64,000 nt of DNA, from NCBI GenBank assembly GCA_029262005.1, contig JAJDAG010000012.1:3161-67160 (forward strand). Direction: 5' to 3'. Each line of letters opens with the position of its first letter. The first letter of the stretch is position 1. The stretch comes from Candidatus Zhuqueibacterota bacterium (GTDB lineage Bacteria > Zhuqueibacterota > Zhuqueibacteria > Oceanimicrobiales > Oceanimicrobiaceae). This document shows, piece by piece, positions 48,988-58,466 of the stretch. The notes beneath the pieces are model-generated. The model did no database searches. It was not told the DNA's origin and was given only the letters and a program-made list of their open reading frames with translations. The position numbers were made by a program, and so were the translations under genes.

Positions 48988-49509
48988 ATGCATACTAAAA
49001 ATTATTCTCAATTCTTGTCAGTGGTGATTTTGACGTTTGTTGCTTGTGTGGTTTTCGCCGACGAAGACATCGACAAAGTTTTGGACAAAGAACAAGCCAA
49101 GTTACAAGCTGAAATCGAGCACAGCCTGGTTTCCCCTTGCTGCTGGAACATGACGGTTGATCAGCACGAATCGGGCACCTCAAGGCAAGTGCGTTTAAAA
49201 ATTGCAGATTTAATAAAGGCCGGTAAGAATAAAGAAGAGATTCTTGATTATTTCGTTGCGCAGCCGCAGTACGGTGAACGAATTCTTGCGACACCATCAC
49301 AGGATAACTGGCTGGGTAAATCCGCTTACTGGTTGATACCACTGTTCCTGGTCTTTGGAGGCAGCGTTGTGATTGTAGTTATTCGGAATTTGTCAAAATC
49401 CGGACAGGCGGTTGCACCCACTGCCGAACAAAAAATGACAAAGGGCCAGGCAGCGAGCAATGTTTACTCTCAACGCGTTGAAAATGAATTGAAAGAATTT
49501 GATACCTGA
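48988..49509 (+). CDS. CcmH/NrfF-like cytochrome c-type biogenesis protein with a variant Cys motif
   Basis: signal peptide; LVSPCCWNMTVDQHESGTSRQVRLKIADLIKAGKNKEEILDYFVAQPQYGERILATP parallels CcmH LRCPKCQNQSIADSNAP...GKSKKEIVDYMVARYGDFV but has adjacent CC instead of CxxC; C-terminal TM helix. Confidence 0.45.
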   Translation: MHTKNYSQFLSVVILTFVACVVFADEDIDKVLDKEQAKLQAEIEHSLVSPCCWNMTVDQHESGTSRQVRLKIADLIKAGKNKEEILDYFVAQPQYGERILATPSQDNWLGKSAYWLIPLFLVFGGSVVIVVIRNLSKSGQAVAPTAEQKMTKGQAASNVYSQRVENELKEFDT

Positions 49510-49934
49510 TGCCCAAACTCGCGCGAATGCATACTGCCGAACATCTCCTCTCTGCGGTGATGCGCAAACATTTTCACGCACCACGTAACCTTGAATTTCA
49601 TCTTGGCGAAAAGAAAACCAAGTGTGATTATGTTGTGCCCGGCCCGCTCTCTGTCGATGACATTCGCAAGGCTGAGCAGTTGGTAAATGAACAAATTCAA
49701 GCAGCACATCCCGTGACTGCTTTTAAAATTACCCGTAAAGAAAATACCGATTACGACCTTTGGAAAGTGCCGGAGACGGCTGAGGAAATCAGAATTGTTC
49801 GCATCGGGGATTATGATGCACAACCATGCAGCGGCGAGCATGTTTCTCTGTCGTCTGAAGTGGGCACTTTTCGGGTGGCCAGTTTTGAGATGCGCGACAA
49901 AGATCGGGTGCGCATCCGGTTTAAGCTAAATTGA
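49509..49934 (+). CDS. AlaX-S-like tRNA editing protein (alanyl/threonyl-tRNA synthetase second additional domain)
   Basis: zinc-binding motifs HTAEHLL and CSGEH at the expected spacing in a ~140-aa protein; TGATG overlap with the upstream gene. Confidence 0.6.
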   Translation: MPKLARMHTAEHLLSAVMRKHFHAPRNLEFHLGEKKTKCDYVVPGPLSVDDIRKAEQLVNEQIQAAHPVTAFKITRKENTDYDLWKVPETAEEIRIVRIGDYDAQPCSGEHVSLSSEVGTFRVASFEMRDKDRVRIRFKLN

Positions 49935-50011
49935 AGCGAATTTGTTAATCAAAAATTTGCTTGACACAACCATTCAATTAGAAATCTAATTCAGTTTAAT
50001 TTGTACGAGCA

Positions 50012-50051
50012 ATCATATTTGATTTATTGAATAAAATCAATCAAATATGAT
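50012..50051. promoter_or_regulatory. Perfect 13-bp inverted repeat ATCATATTTGATT-N14-AATCAAATATGAT immediately upstream of the GTG start at 50062 (candidate autoregulatory operator)
   Basis: read directly; reverse complement of the left arm equals the right arm. Confidence 0.45.
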
Positions 50052-50061
50052 TTTGTGGTGA

Positions 50062-50727
50062 GTGACCGATGTGACTGACACGCAATCATTTGACAAAGAG
50101 TACTATCTGCTTTTGATTGACATCAAGGGCTCCACAAGCCTCACCCAGGCTGACAGAGCCTGGCTTTTTGCTGAATTGGAGCAAAAGTTGGATGAGCTGA
50201 ATCACCATCTTGTGCCGAAACCAGTAGTGCCGCTTGCAATCAATTATGGCGACGAAGTTGCGGGTGTTTTTGACAGCCCTGCTCTGTTCTACCAAATCGT
50301 TGCCAGCCTGCGGGAAACAATGTACCCGGTCACCACCTTCCGCTTTGCAGCGACTTACGGACAGATAGGAATTACTTCAACAGACATTAAGAAAGTTGGC
50401 GGAAAAGTATTTAAGGAAGCGGATAAATATATCGGTCAGCTCAAAAAGAAAAAGAATTTTTGCTGGTGGGCATTGAAAGACAATAGTATGAATGCCAGTC
50501 TCAATGTGCTGACTGAAATGAGCAATGCGTTGCTCGAAAGAATGACAGAGTATCAGCGGACAGTTTGCCGTTACCTGGCTGCGGGTTTCTCGCAAAAGCA
50601 AATTGCAGAAAAATTGGAAAAGCACCCACAATCGGTATCAAATGCAGTGAGGAAAAGTTCGGCAGACAAAGTGGTCAACGCAGGCAAGGTTATTACGGAT
50701 TTATTAAAAAGAAGCGCACATGTTTGA
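50062..50727 (+). CDS. Class-III nucleotidyl-cyclase-homology-like (palm) domain fused to a C-terminal LuxR/sigma-region-4-type HTH
   Basis: YLLLIDIKGSTSL (compare cyclase FADIVGFT) and AINYGDEVAGVF (compare GDxxxAxF); the two Asp are 44 residues apart as in class III cyclases; C-terminal TEYQRTVCRYLAAGFSQKQIAEKLEKHPQSVSNAVRKS HTH. Confidence 0.5.
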   Translation: MTDVTDTQSFDKEYYLLLIDIKGSTSLTQADRAWLFAELEQKLDELNHHLVPKPVVPLAINYGDEVAGVFDSPALFYQIVASLRETMYPVTTFRFAATYGQIGITSTDIKKVGGKVFKEADKYIGQLKKKKNFCWWALKDNSMNASLNVLTEMSNALLERMTEYQRTVCRYLAAGFSQKQIAEKLEKHPQSVSNAVRKSSADKVVNAGKVITDLLKRSAHV

Positions 50728-51094
50728 AATTTTGAGCAAAGCGGTTCCGGCCTTTGCTGTGTCATTCCTGTTGACAACCTGGCTGATCAGGTGGGGAATC
50801 CCGAAACTGGAAACAGACAAAGGCGATGAACCTTTGCCTGAAAGCGGCGCCACCGACAAGATTTTAAACGTTGGCTCTGTCGGCTTCTGGATAGGGTTTT
50901 GTGAGACCTTGTTGGTTTTCACTTTTGTTTACAAAGGCGAATATGGCGCCCTCGCGATCATTATTGGCGCCAAGCAGTTTGTGCGAAAAGAAAATATTCA
51001 GAAAAATCCGTCTTATTACCTTCTTGGCACACTCATCAATATTTCGTTGGCGCTATTGTTTGCTTTATGGGCAAAAGCTTTGATTGGGCCTTAA
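50720..51094 (+). CDS. Small integral membrane protein (3-4 TM) overlapping the preceding gene by 8 nt
   Basis: hydrophobic segments AVPAFAVSFLLTTWLI, VGSVGFWIGFCETLLVFTFVY, YLLGTLINISLALLFALWA; translationally coupled. Confidence 0.4.
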   Translation: MFEILSKAVPAFAVSFLLTTWLIRWGIPKLETDKGDEPLPESGATDKILNVGSVGFWIGFCETLLVFTFVYKGEYGALAIIIGAKQFVRKENIQKNPSYYLLGTLINISLALLFALWAKALIGP

Positions 51095-51128
51095 GTCATT
51101 CGCTTCCCATTTGTTTTTCATCAAAATC

Positions 51129-53702
51129 TCACACCACAAAGTTAACCAGCCTACCAGGAACCACAATCACTTTCCGCAGAGATTTTCCGCCCAGCCGATC
51201 TTTAATTTTTTGCATGGCCATATTTTCGAGCGTTGCCTTGTCGCGTGCCACATCGGTTGGTACCACAAGTTGGTCACGTAGCTTACCATTCACTTGAATA
51301 ACAATGGTTATTTCGTCGCGCTTCAAGGCGCTCTGGTCTGCCTGCGGCCATTTTTGTTTAAGGACAGCAGAGTCGTTACCAAGCAGGCGCCACAGCTCTT
51401 CGGCGATAAACGGCGTCATCGGTGACTGCAAAAGAGTCAGGTTCTCCAGCACCTTTTTTAGCAAAGGTGCATTTAATTTATGATTGCCGCGCTCACAATC
51501 TGTGCAATAGTCGGAAAGTTCATTGCTTAATTCCATGCAGGCTGCAACCGCCGTATTAAAATGAAATTTGAGAAAGTCTCTGGTGACGGAATCGATTTTT
51601 TCATTGGCCAGATGCCACAACTGTTTGTCGCGTTTGTTGAGACTTTCCAAGTCAATTGTTGTATCGGCTGTGGCGTTCACAACGTCCTTGTATTTTTGTA
51701 CAATATTCCACACACGGTTCAAAAAGCGATGGCCACCGCGTATACCTTCATCATTCCATTCTATTTCTTTTTCCGGCGGCCCCATAAAAAGTGTGTAAAG
51801 CCGCTCGGTATCCGTGCCATATTTATTGATGATGTCTGTCGGTGCCACGGTATTTTTTTTTGATTTGCTCATTTTCGCCAACTCGGATGCGAGCTTGTTA
51901 CCACAATGCGGGCAAGCATTGCCGTCGGCAACTTCATGGGATGGAATCCAGCCGTGTTCTTTGCAGCGGAAGGCCTGGTGCGTGATCATGCCCTGCGTAA
52001 ACAGACGCTTGAATGGTTCATCAAAATTGATCAGCCCCAGGTCGCGAACTGCTTTGGTGATGAAACGCGCATAAAGCAGATGCAAAATTGCATGTTCGAT
52101 TCCACCGACATATTGGTCAACCGGCAGCCATCGGTTAACCATCTCAGAGTCAAATATTTTTTCATTATCTTGCGATGAAATATAGCGCATGAAATACCAG
52201 GATGAATCGACAAAAGTGTCCATTGTGTCGGTGTCGCGACGGGCTGCTGCGTTGCATTTCGGGCAATTAACTTCATAGAATTCCGGTATTTCGGCGAGAC
52301 CTTTTTTACCGAGAAATTCGACGTCGGGCAGTTGAACAGGCAAGTCGGCTTCCGGCACCGGCACAACGCCACATGCTTCGCAGTGAATCATGGGAATGGG
52401 TGTGCCCCAATAGCGCTGTCTGGAAATGAGCCAGTCTCGCAGGCGAAAGTTGACTTCGCCTTTGCCCAGTCCTCTTTCTTGCAAAAATTGAATGAATTTG
52501 CTGATGCTTTCTTTGCCGGCAGCCAGACCGTTAAATTGACTGGAGTTGATCATCACTACGTCACCCGGAAAAGCTACGGTCATGTCTTCCGGATTTGTTG
52601 TTTGGTCCTCGGTTGCAATGACGGCAATCACCGGCAACTGAAATGCCCGGGCAAATTCAAAATCGCGTTGATCGTGCCCTGGAACTGCCATGATGGCGCC
52701 GGTGCCGTATCCCATTAAAACATAGTCGGCAATCCAAATCGGTATTTTTTCGTCATTGACCGGGTTAACACAATAAGCCCCTGTGAACTTTCCGGTTTTT
52801 TCACGCTCTGTCTGCTGCCGTTGGATATCACTTTCTGCGCTTACTTCTTTTACGTAAGCCTGAACTTCTGCGAGTTGCTCTTTTGTTGTCAGTTTTTCAA
52901 CCAAAGGATGCTCGGGTGCCAAAACCATAAACGTGACGCCAAAAATGGTATCCGGTCGCGTCGTGAACACTTCAATGGATTCATCCAGTCCATCAATTGG
53001 AAAGTTGACCCGAGCGCCCTCGCTGCGGCCAATCCAGTTTTGCTGCATGGTTTTTACGCGTTCCGGCCAGTGTTCGAGTTTATCCAGATCATCCAGAAGC
53101 TCCTGGGCGTATTGGGTGATTTTGAAAAACCACTGCGTCAGATTTTTTTTGGTAACGTCAGAGTTGCAGCGCTCACACTGGCCGTCAACCACCTGTTCGT
53201 TGGCTAAGACTGTATCACAACCCGGGCACCAGTTCACTTGCGATGCCTGGCGATAAGCCAATTTTTTGTGAAATAATTGAATGAAAAGCCACTGGTTCCA
53301 CTTGTAGTAGGCCGGATCGCAGGTGGCCAGCTCACGCCGCCAATCGAAAACCACGCCCCACTGACGAAACTGTTTTCTAAAAGATTCGATATTTGTATAG
53401 GTCCACTTTTTCGGGTGAATACCACGGTCTATTGCCGCATTTTCGGCCGGTAGGCCAAAGGCATCATATCCCATAGGATTGAGCACATTGTGGCCGTTCA
53501 TGAGCAAATAACGGCTGTAGGCATCGCCAATGAGCCAGTTGCGGCCATGTCCGACGTGCATTTCTCCGGATGGATACGGGAACATGTTGAGGTAATACAT
53601 TTTGTTGGAAGTTGCGTCGAGGTCTGGCTCAAAGAACTTATTCTCCTGCCAGTAATCGCGCCATTTTTCCTCTATGGCTCTGAAATCGTAAGAATGGCCC
53701 AT
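51129..53702 (-). CDS. leuS: Leucyl-tRNA synthetase
   Basis: class I HMGH-type motif (PYPSGEMHVGHGRNW), KMSKSKKN, CP1 editing domain, 857 aa. Confidence 0.95.
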   Translation of the reverse strand: MGHSYDFRAIEEKWRDYWQENKFFEPDLDATSNKMYYLNMFPYPSGEMHVGHGRNWLIGDAYSRYLLMNGHNVLNPMGYDAFGLPAENAAIDRGIHPKKWTYTNIESFRKQFRQWGVVFDWRRELATCDPAYYKWNQWLFIQLFHKKLAYRQASQVNWCPGCDTVLANEQVVDGQCERCNSDVTKKNLTQWFFKITQYAQELLDDLDKLEHWPERVKTMQQNWIGRSEGARVNFPIDGLDESIEVFTTRPDTIFGVTFMVLAPEHPLVEKLTTKEQLAEVQAYVKEVSAESDIQRQQTEREKTGKFTGAYCVNPVNDEKIPIWIADYVLMGYGTGAIMAVPGHDQRDFEFARAFQLPVIAVIATEDQTTNPEDMTVAFPGDVVMINSSQFNGLAAGKESISKFIQFLQERGLGKGEVNFRLRDWLISRQRYWGTPIPMIHCEACGVVPVPEADLPVQLPDVEFLGKKGLAEIPEFYEVNCPKCNAAARRDTDTMDTFVDSSWYFMRYISSQDNEKIFDSEMVNRWLPVDQYVGGIEHAILHLLYARFITKAVRDLGLINFDEPFKRLFTQGMITHQAFRCKEHGWIPSHEVADGNACPHCGNKLASELAKMSKSKKNTVAPTDIINKYGTDTERLYTLFMGPPEKEIEWNDEGIRGGHRFLNRVWNIVQKYKDVVNATADTTIDLESLNKRDKQLWHLANEKIDSVTRDFLKFHFNTAVAACMELSNELSDYCTDCERGNHKLNAPLLKKVLENLTLLQSPMTPFIAEELWRLLGNDSAVLKQKWPQADQSALKRDEITIVIQVNGKLRDQLVVPTDVARDKATLENMAMQKIKDRLGGKSLRKVIVVPGRLVNFVV

Positions 53703-54155
53703 TTTATAATGCTCACGTTTAAAAAAAAGTCTAATCTGGATTATTTTATAACATTTTGTAAAACTGAACTTAACCTAATGTAAGTTCAAGTAATAATACT
53801 TAGCACGTTTATCATTATTATTAGCGTGAAAAATAAATTTTTAACGCGGAGGATGCAAGGAACTCAGGGAAAGGGGAAGAATCAATTGTAGAATTCTTGC
53901 ATAAATAGCTAATTTTTATAATATTAGCTGTTTAGATTTCTCTGCGAATTCTGCGTTAAATTTATTATGCATAACTCAGGCTAAATGATTAAAATAGTGT
54001 CTAAGTGCTCCACACGGCGAAACCGCGATTCAAAAGTACATCTCCGTGCACGCAGACAGTCAAATTTTTGTTTGAATGTTTGCAGTACAGGGTTTATATT
54101 ATTTTTTCTAAAGCTGTTAAAGATAGAATTTATTAACCTATTTGCAAGGCAAAAC

Positions 54156-54662
54156 ATGGATGTGAAGAAAGCAAGATGGCGCCGGATAAACAGTCGGTTT
54201 CTGCTGAAACTTGCCTGGACGCTTTGGGTGCCGACACTGTTTATGGCGCCCGCCGGCGCCGGGGCGCAGGAACATGGCTTTGGGCTTGGCGTTATTCTTG
54301 GAGAGCCCACCGGCATCAGCGGCAAAAAATGGTTGTCAACCACCACTGCTCTGGACTTTGCAGCAGCCTGGTCTTTCCGCAAAGAGGACTCCCTGACGCT
54401 GTATGCAGATATTCTCAGCCATAATTTCCGCATGATTCCGGTCAAGAGCGGCCGCCTGCCATTTTATTACGGCATTGGCGCCCGCATGAAGTTTGATGAT
54501 AAAGATCCACGGTTGGGGGTGCGCATTCCTTTTGGCCTGAACTACCATTTTGCAGATGTTTCGCTGGATCTGTTTTTCGAAATTGTACCGATTCTCGAGC
54601 TACTGCCGGAAACGGAGTTCGAACTCAATGCGGCAATTGGTATCCGCTACTTTTTTCAGTGA
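54156..54662 (+). CDS. Putative small outer-membrane beta-barrel protein
   Basis: signal peptide (LFMAPAGAGAQE), alternating amphipathic beta-strands, C-terminal IGIRYFFQ; start moved to the internal ATG at 54156 with N-terminal signal. Confidence 0.4.
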   Translation: MDVKKARWRRINSRFLLKLAWTLWVPTLFMAPAGAGAQEHGFGLGVILGEPTGISGKKWLSTTTALDFAAAWSFRKEDSLTLYADILSHNFRMIPVKSGRLPFYYGIGARMKFDDKDPRLGVRIPFGLNYHFADVSLDLFFEIVPILELLPETEFELNAAIGIRYFFQ

Positions 54663-54897
54663 TGTGATTTATACACATTCAAATGACACGCTTGTTGAGT
54701 TCGACTGGACTGAAATCGCGTGCACGACAAGTTTGAACTTGCTGGACTAAGAATATTTTCCGGTGCGGTGCTAAACATGATATTCTTAGTCTTAAAGAAG
54801 TAGCACGGTGGTTTGAAAACAGTGATTACCGCTTCGCCAAATTGCAGTTCCTGGAAATCGGGAAAACGATTGTGATTAAAAAAAAGGGGATGTTTCA

Positions 54898-55476
54898 ATG
54901 AGAATTCACCATCTGTTTTTTGTTTGTCTAGTGACTGTGTTTCTGTCTTCGTGTAGCAACGTAATTGTTCGGAAATCGTATCCGCAGAAATTCCAGGGCC
55001 TGACTCAATTGGTTCTGGCTTCGGAAACGACGAACATGGATTTTGTAGAGGTCAAGAAAACAAAGTTTCTATTTTTGACACTGAGTTCGGCAAAAATTAG
55101 AGTCATTGCCAATGCCACATTTGATTTTTATTGTGATTTTCAAAAAGACGGCTATCAAATACAAGTCAATGAAACGCAAGATGAAATGACGTTTCTGGCG
55201 CCGCCGATTCATGCGAAAAAACCACAATTCAATTCCACGCAGGTCAGCTATCCGGATCGAGGGCTGCTTGTGGATGAAGAGAAGGCAGCGAGAAAAATAT
55301 TACAGGGTTTGAGTAAACGAGTCATGTCAGAGGGTGAAGCGCTGTTACAGGAGCAGTATGTAATTGATGAATGCAGAAAGCAATTAACTACGTTTGTAAC
55401 TGATTTATGCCAAAAACTCGGTTACAATTATAACACGATTAAAGTGGCGTTTTATGGAGAACCCGCGACGACTTAA
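54898..55476 (+). CDS. Hypothetical lipoprotein
   Basis: lipobox LSSCSN; no catalytic motif. Confidence 0.4.
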   Translation: MRIHHLFFVCLVTVFLSSCSNVIVRKSYPQKFQGLTQLVLASETTNMDFVEVKKTKFLFLTLSSAKIRVIANATFDFYCDFQKDGYQIQVNETQDEMTFLAPPIHAKKPQFNSTQVSYPDRGLLVDEEKAARKILQGLSKRVMSEGEALLQEQYVIDECRKQLTTFVTDLCQKLGYNYNTIKVAFYGEPATT

Positions 55477-55550
55477 GGGGAAAAATGAAATTCAAAAATA
55501 AAAGGCTGAAAAAACAGCTCTATCCAGCTCATAAATTAAAGGGAAAAAAC

Positions 55551-58373
55551 ATGAAGCAATTCAAATTACTTCTGTTCTTAATTTTGGCCATTGTTGTCAG
55601 GTCAGCGGCCGCTCAGGTAGGAAGTCTTGCCATTGATGAGAAACTGCCCACTGATTCCAAAATTACTATCGGCAAACTCGACAACGGCATCACCTACTAT
55701 ATCCGGGAAAACAAAAAGCCTGAGAACCGGGCCGAGCTGCGGCTTGCTGTCAATGCCGGCGCCATTCTTGAAGATGACGATCAGCGCGGTCTGGCGCACT
55801 TTGTCGAGCACATGGCGTTTAACGGCACAAAGAATTTTGCCAAACAGGAAATTGTAAATTTCCTCGAATCCATAGGCATGCGTTTCGGTGCAGACATCAA
55901 CGCTTACACCGGCTTTGATGAGACCGTTTACATGCTGCAAGTGCCCACAGACAGCGCGGCAATTGTCGAGAAAGGGTTTCAAATTCTCGAAGAATGGGCG
56001 CATAATGTCAGTTTTGACAAGAAGGAAGTTGACAAAGAACGTGGTGTTGTGGTTGAAGAATGGCGTATTGGCCGTGGTGCTGATGCCCGCATGCGCGACA
56101 AACAGTTTCCAATCCTTTTTAAAAATTCCCGTTACGCGGAACGCCTGCCAATTGGCAAAAAAGAGACCTTGGAAAATGCCTCAGTCGAAACGATTCAGCG
56201 TTTTTACAAAGATTGGTACCGGCCCGATTTGATGGCCATTGTGGCTGTAGGCGATTTTGACAAAACATGGATTGAGAAGTTGATTCAGGAACGTTTTAGC
56301 GGCATCAAAAATCGCAGCGACGTGCGCAAGCGCGAAATGTACGAAGTGCCAAATCACAGCGAGACCCTGTTTACCACCGCCTCGGATCTGGAAGCTACCA
56401 ACACCAATATAAGTGTCTATCGTAAAATGGAAGTGGCCGCACAGGGAACCGCACGCGCTTACCGCCAATCGCTGGTTGAAAATTTGTACAACGCCATGCT
56501 CAACAGCAGGCTGCAGGAACTGTTGCAACAATCTGAGCCGCCTTACCTGGGTGCTTTTTCAGGCAAGGGCAGATTTGTACGTAGCAAAGAGTTTTATGTT
56601 CTCGGCGCAGTCGTTAAAGAGGATGGCATTTCCACCGGGTTGGAAACTATCCTCACAGAGGCCGAACGTGTAAAGCAGTTTGGTTTTACGCAGTCAGAGC
56701 TGGAGAGAGAAAAAGTTGAAATGCTGCGCGGCATGGAGCAAGCTTACAATGAGCGTGACAAGACACGCTCACGAAATTACGCCAGCGAGTTTATTCGCAA
56801 CTTTCTCACCGATGAGTCTTTGCCCGGAATTGAATACGAATTCATGCTCTACAATAAATTTATCCCGGAGATCACGCTTGATGAAGTAAGCCAACTCTCT
56901 AATGAATGGCTTCGAGAAGACAGTCGCGTGGTCACGCTCAGTGCACCGGAAAAAGAGGGCATTGCTCTGCCGGCAGAAAAGGCTCTGCGAGCTGTTATAG
57001 AGGCAGTCGCGCAAAAAGAAGTAACGGCATATAAGGATAATGTTCCTGACATGCCTTTGGTTGAAAATCCACCTGTGCCGGGCAGTGTGACCAGCGAAAA
57101 GAGCATTACCGAAATTGGCGTGACTGAATGGCAGCTAGCAAATGGTGTTCGGGTTGTTTTGAAACCGACCGATTTCAAAAATGATCAGATTCTGTTCACC
57201 GCGTTCAGTCTCGGTGGTCATTCGCTTGTGACCGATAAAAATTATATCCCCGGAAGATGGGCAAGCTCAATTGTCCGTCTGAGTGGACTCGGCCGCTTTA
57301 ACCAGATAGCGTTGCAAAAGAAACTCGCTGGAAAACTGGTGTCTGTTTCACCCTATATAGATGAACTTGAAGAAGGCATTGCCGGCAATGCAGCACCACA
57401 GGATATCGAAACAGCAATGCAATTGATTTATCTCTATTTTACCGCACCACGCAAAGATCAAACGGCATTTGAATCTTTGCGTGAACGCATTCTCGGGTTT
57501 ATTCAAAACCGCGGCGCCAGCCCGGAGGCAGCTTATCAGGATACCATTCAAGTCACCATGACAAACTACCACCATAGGAGTCGGCCCTTGTCTGAGGCAG
57601 TGGTAAACGAGTTGGATCTCGATGAGTCATTCCGAATTTATCAAGAGCGTTTTGCGGATGCGGGTGATTTCACATTCTTCTTTGTCGGCAATTTCAAGCT
57701 CGATGAAATGAAACCTCTTGTAGAAAAATACATCGGCGGGTTACACACTATTGGGCGCACGGAAACATGGAAAGATATCGGGGAGAAAGCGCCTGTCGGG
57801 ATTATTCACAAACAAGTCAAAAAGGGCCTGGAACCGAAGAGCCGGGTCAGTATTGTTTTCACCGGTGCATTTGATTGGAGTCGTAAGAACCGCTATCACT
57901 TTAGTTCCATGGCCGCCGCCCTGCGCATCAAACTGCGGGAAATTCTGCGTGAAGATCTTGGCGGCACTTATGGCGTTAGGGTTTCTGCGGCCAGTTCGCG
58001 TTTTCCAAAATCAAACTACAGCATTAATGTTGGCTTTGCTTGCGCACCGGAGCGTGTGGATGAATTGACTCAAACCGTTTTTCAACAACTGGATAGCCTG
58101 AAAACGGTTGGCACAACAGAAAAATATTTGAACAAAGTGAAAGAGACTCAATTGCGTACGCGCGAAACAGATTTGCAAGAAAACCAATTCTGGCTTAATA
58201 CATTGGAGGCCTTGTACTACCACGAATCAGATCCAAAAAATATCTTCGATTATGAAAATCTGGTTAAAAGCCTGAGTCTTGATGATGTTCAGCAGGCGGC
58301 AAAGAAGTATTTTGATTTGAATAATTATGTCCAGGTGGTTTTATATCCTGATGAATCCAAAAGTCAGAAGTAG
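55551..58373 (+). CDS. M16-family zinc metallopeptidase (pitrilysin-like, tandem M16 modules), secreted
   Basis: inverted zinc motif HFVEHMAFNGT (HxxEH); signal peptide at the internal ATG 55551; ~940 aa two-module architecture. Confidence 0.85.
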   Translation: MKQFKLLLFLILAIVVRSAAAQVGSLAIDEKLPTDSKITIGKLDNGITYYIRENKKPENRAELRLAVNAGAILEDDDQRGLAHFVEHMAFNGTKNFAKQEIVNFLESIGMRFGADINAYTGFDETVYMLQVPTDSAAIVEKGFQILEEWAHNVSFDKKEVDKERGVVVEEWRIGRGADARMRDKQFPILFKNSRYAERLPIGKKETLENASVETIQRFYKDWYRPDLMAIVAVGDFDKTWIEKLIQERFSGIKNRSDVRKREMYEVPNHSETLFTTASDLEATNTNISVYRKMEVAAQGTARAYRQSLVENLYNAMLNSRLQELLQQSEPPYLGAFSGKGRFVRSKEFYVLGAVVKEDGISTGLETILTEAERVKQFGFTQSELEREKVEMLRGMEQAYNERDKTRSRNYASEFIRNFLTDESLPGIEYEFMLYNKFIPEITLDEVSQLSNEWLREDSRVVTLSAPEKEGIALPAEKALRAVIEAVAQKEVTAYKDNVPDMPLVENPPVPGSVTSEKSITEIGVTEWQLANGVRVVLKPTDFKNDQILFTAFSLGGHSLVTDKNYIPGRWASSIVRLSGLGRFNQIALQKKLAGKLVSVSPYIDELEEGIAGNAAPQDIETAMQLIYLYFTAPRKDQTAFESLRERILGFIQNRGASPEAAYQDTIQVTMTNYHHRSRPLSEAVVNELDLDESFRIYQERFADAGDFTFFFVGNFKLDEMKPLVEKYIGGLHTIGRTETWKDIGEKAPVGIIHKQVKKGLEPKSRVSIVFTGAFDWSRKNRYHFSSMAAALRIKLREILREDLGGTYGVRVSAASSRFPKSNYSINVGFACAPERVDELTQTVFQQLDSLKTVGTTEKYLNKVKETQLRTRETDLQENQFWLNTLEALYYHESDPKNIFDYENLVKSLSLDDVQQAAKKYFDLNNYVQVVLYPDESKSQK

Positions 58374-58466
58374 ACATTTTTGCAAGAATGCCATTCTCCC
58401 ATCGGTGCTATGATTGCATGGGAGAATGAATGGGTTGCATAGAAAAATATTTTAACAGGCGAGGTT

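Noticed and set aside
53703-53984. Possible T-box riboswitch in the ~280-nt leader of leuS.
   Set aside because: No T-box consensus (AAnnnGGGTGGnACCGCG) is present on the leuS strand. There is only an AT-rich promoter with a small AGCTAAT/ATTAGCT hairpin.
53985-54155. 57-codon N-terminal extension of the outer-membrane-protein ORF.
   Set aside because: It is Arg/Ser-rich and lies in the AT-rich leuS promoter region. The ATG at 54156 gives a protein starting with a plausible signal peptide.
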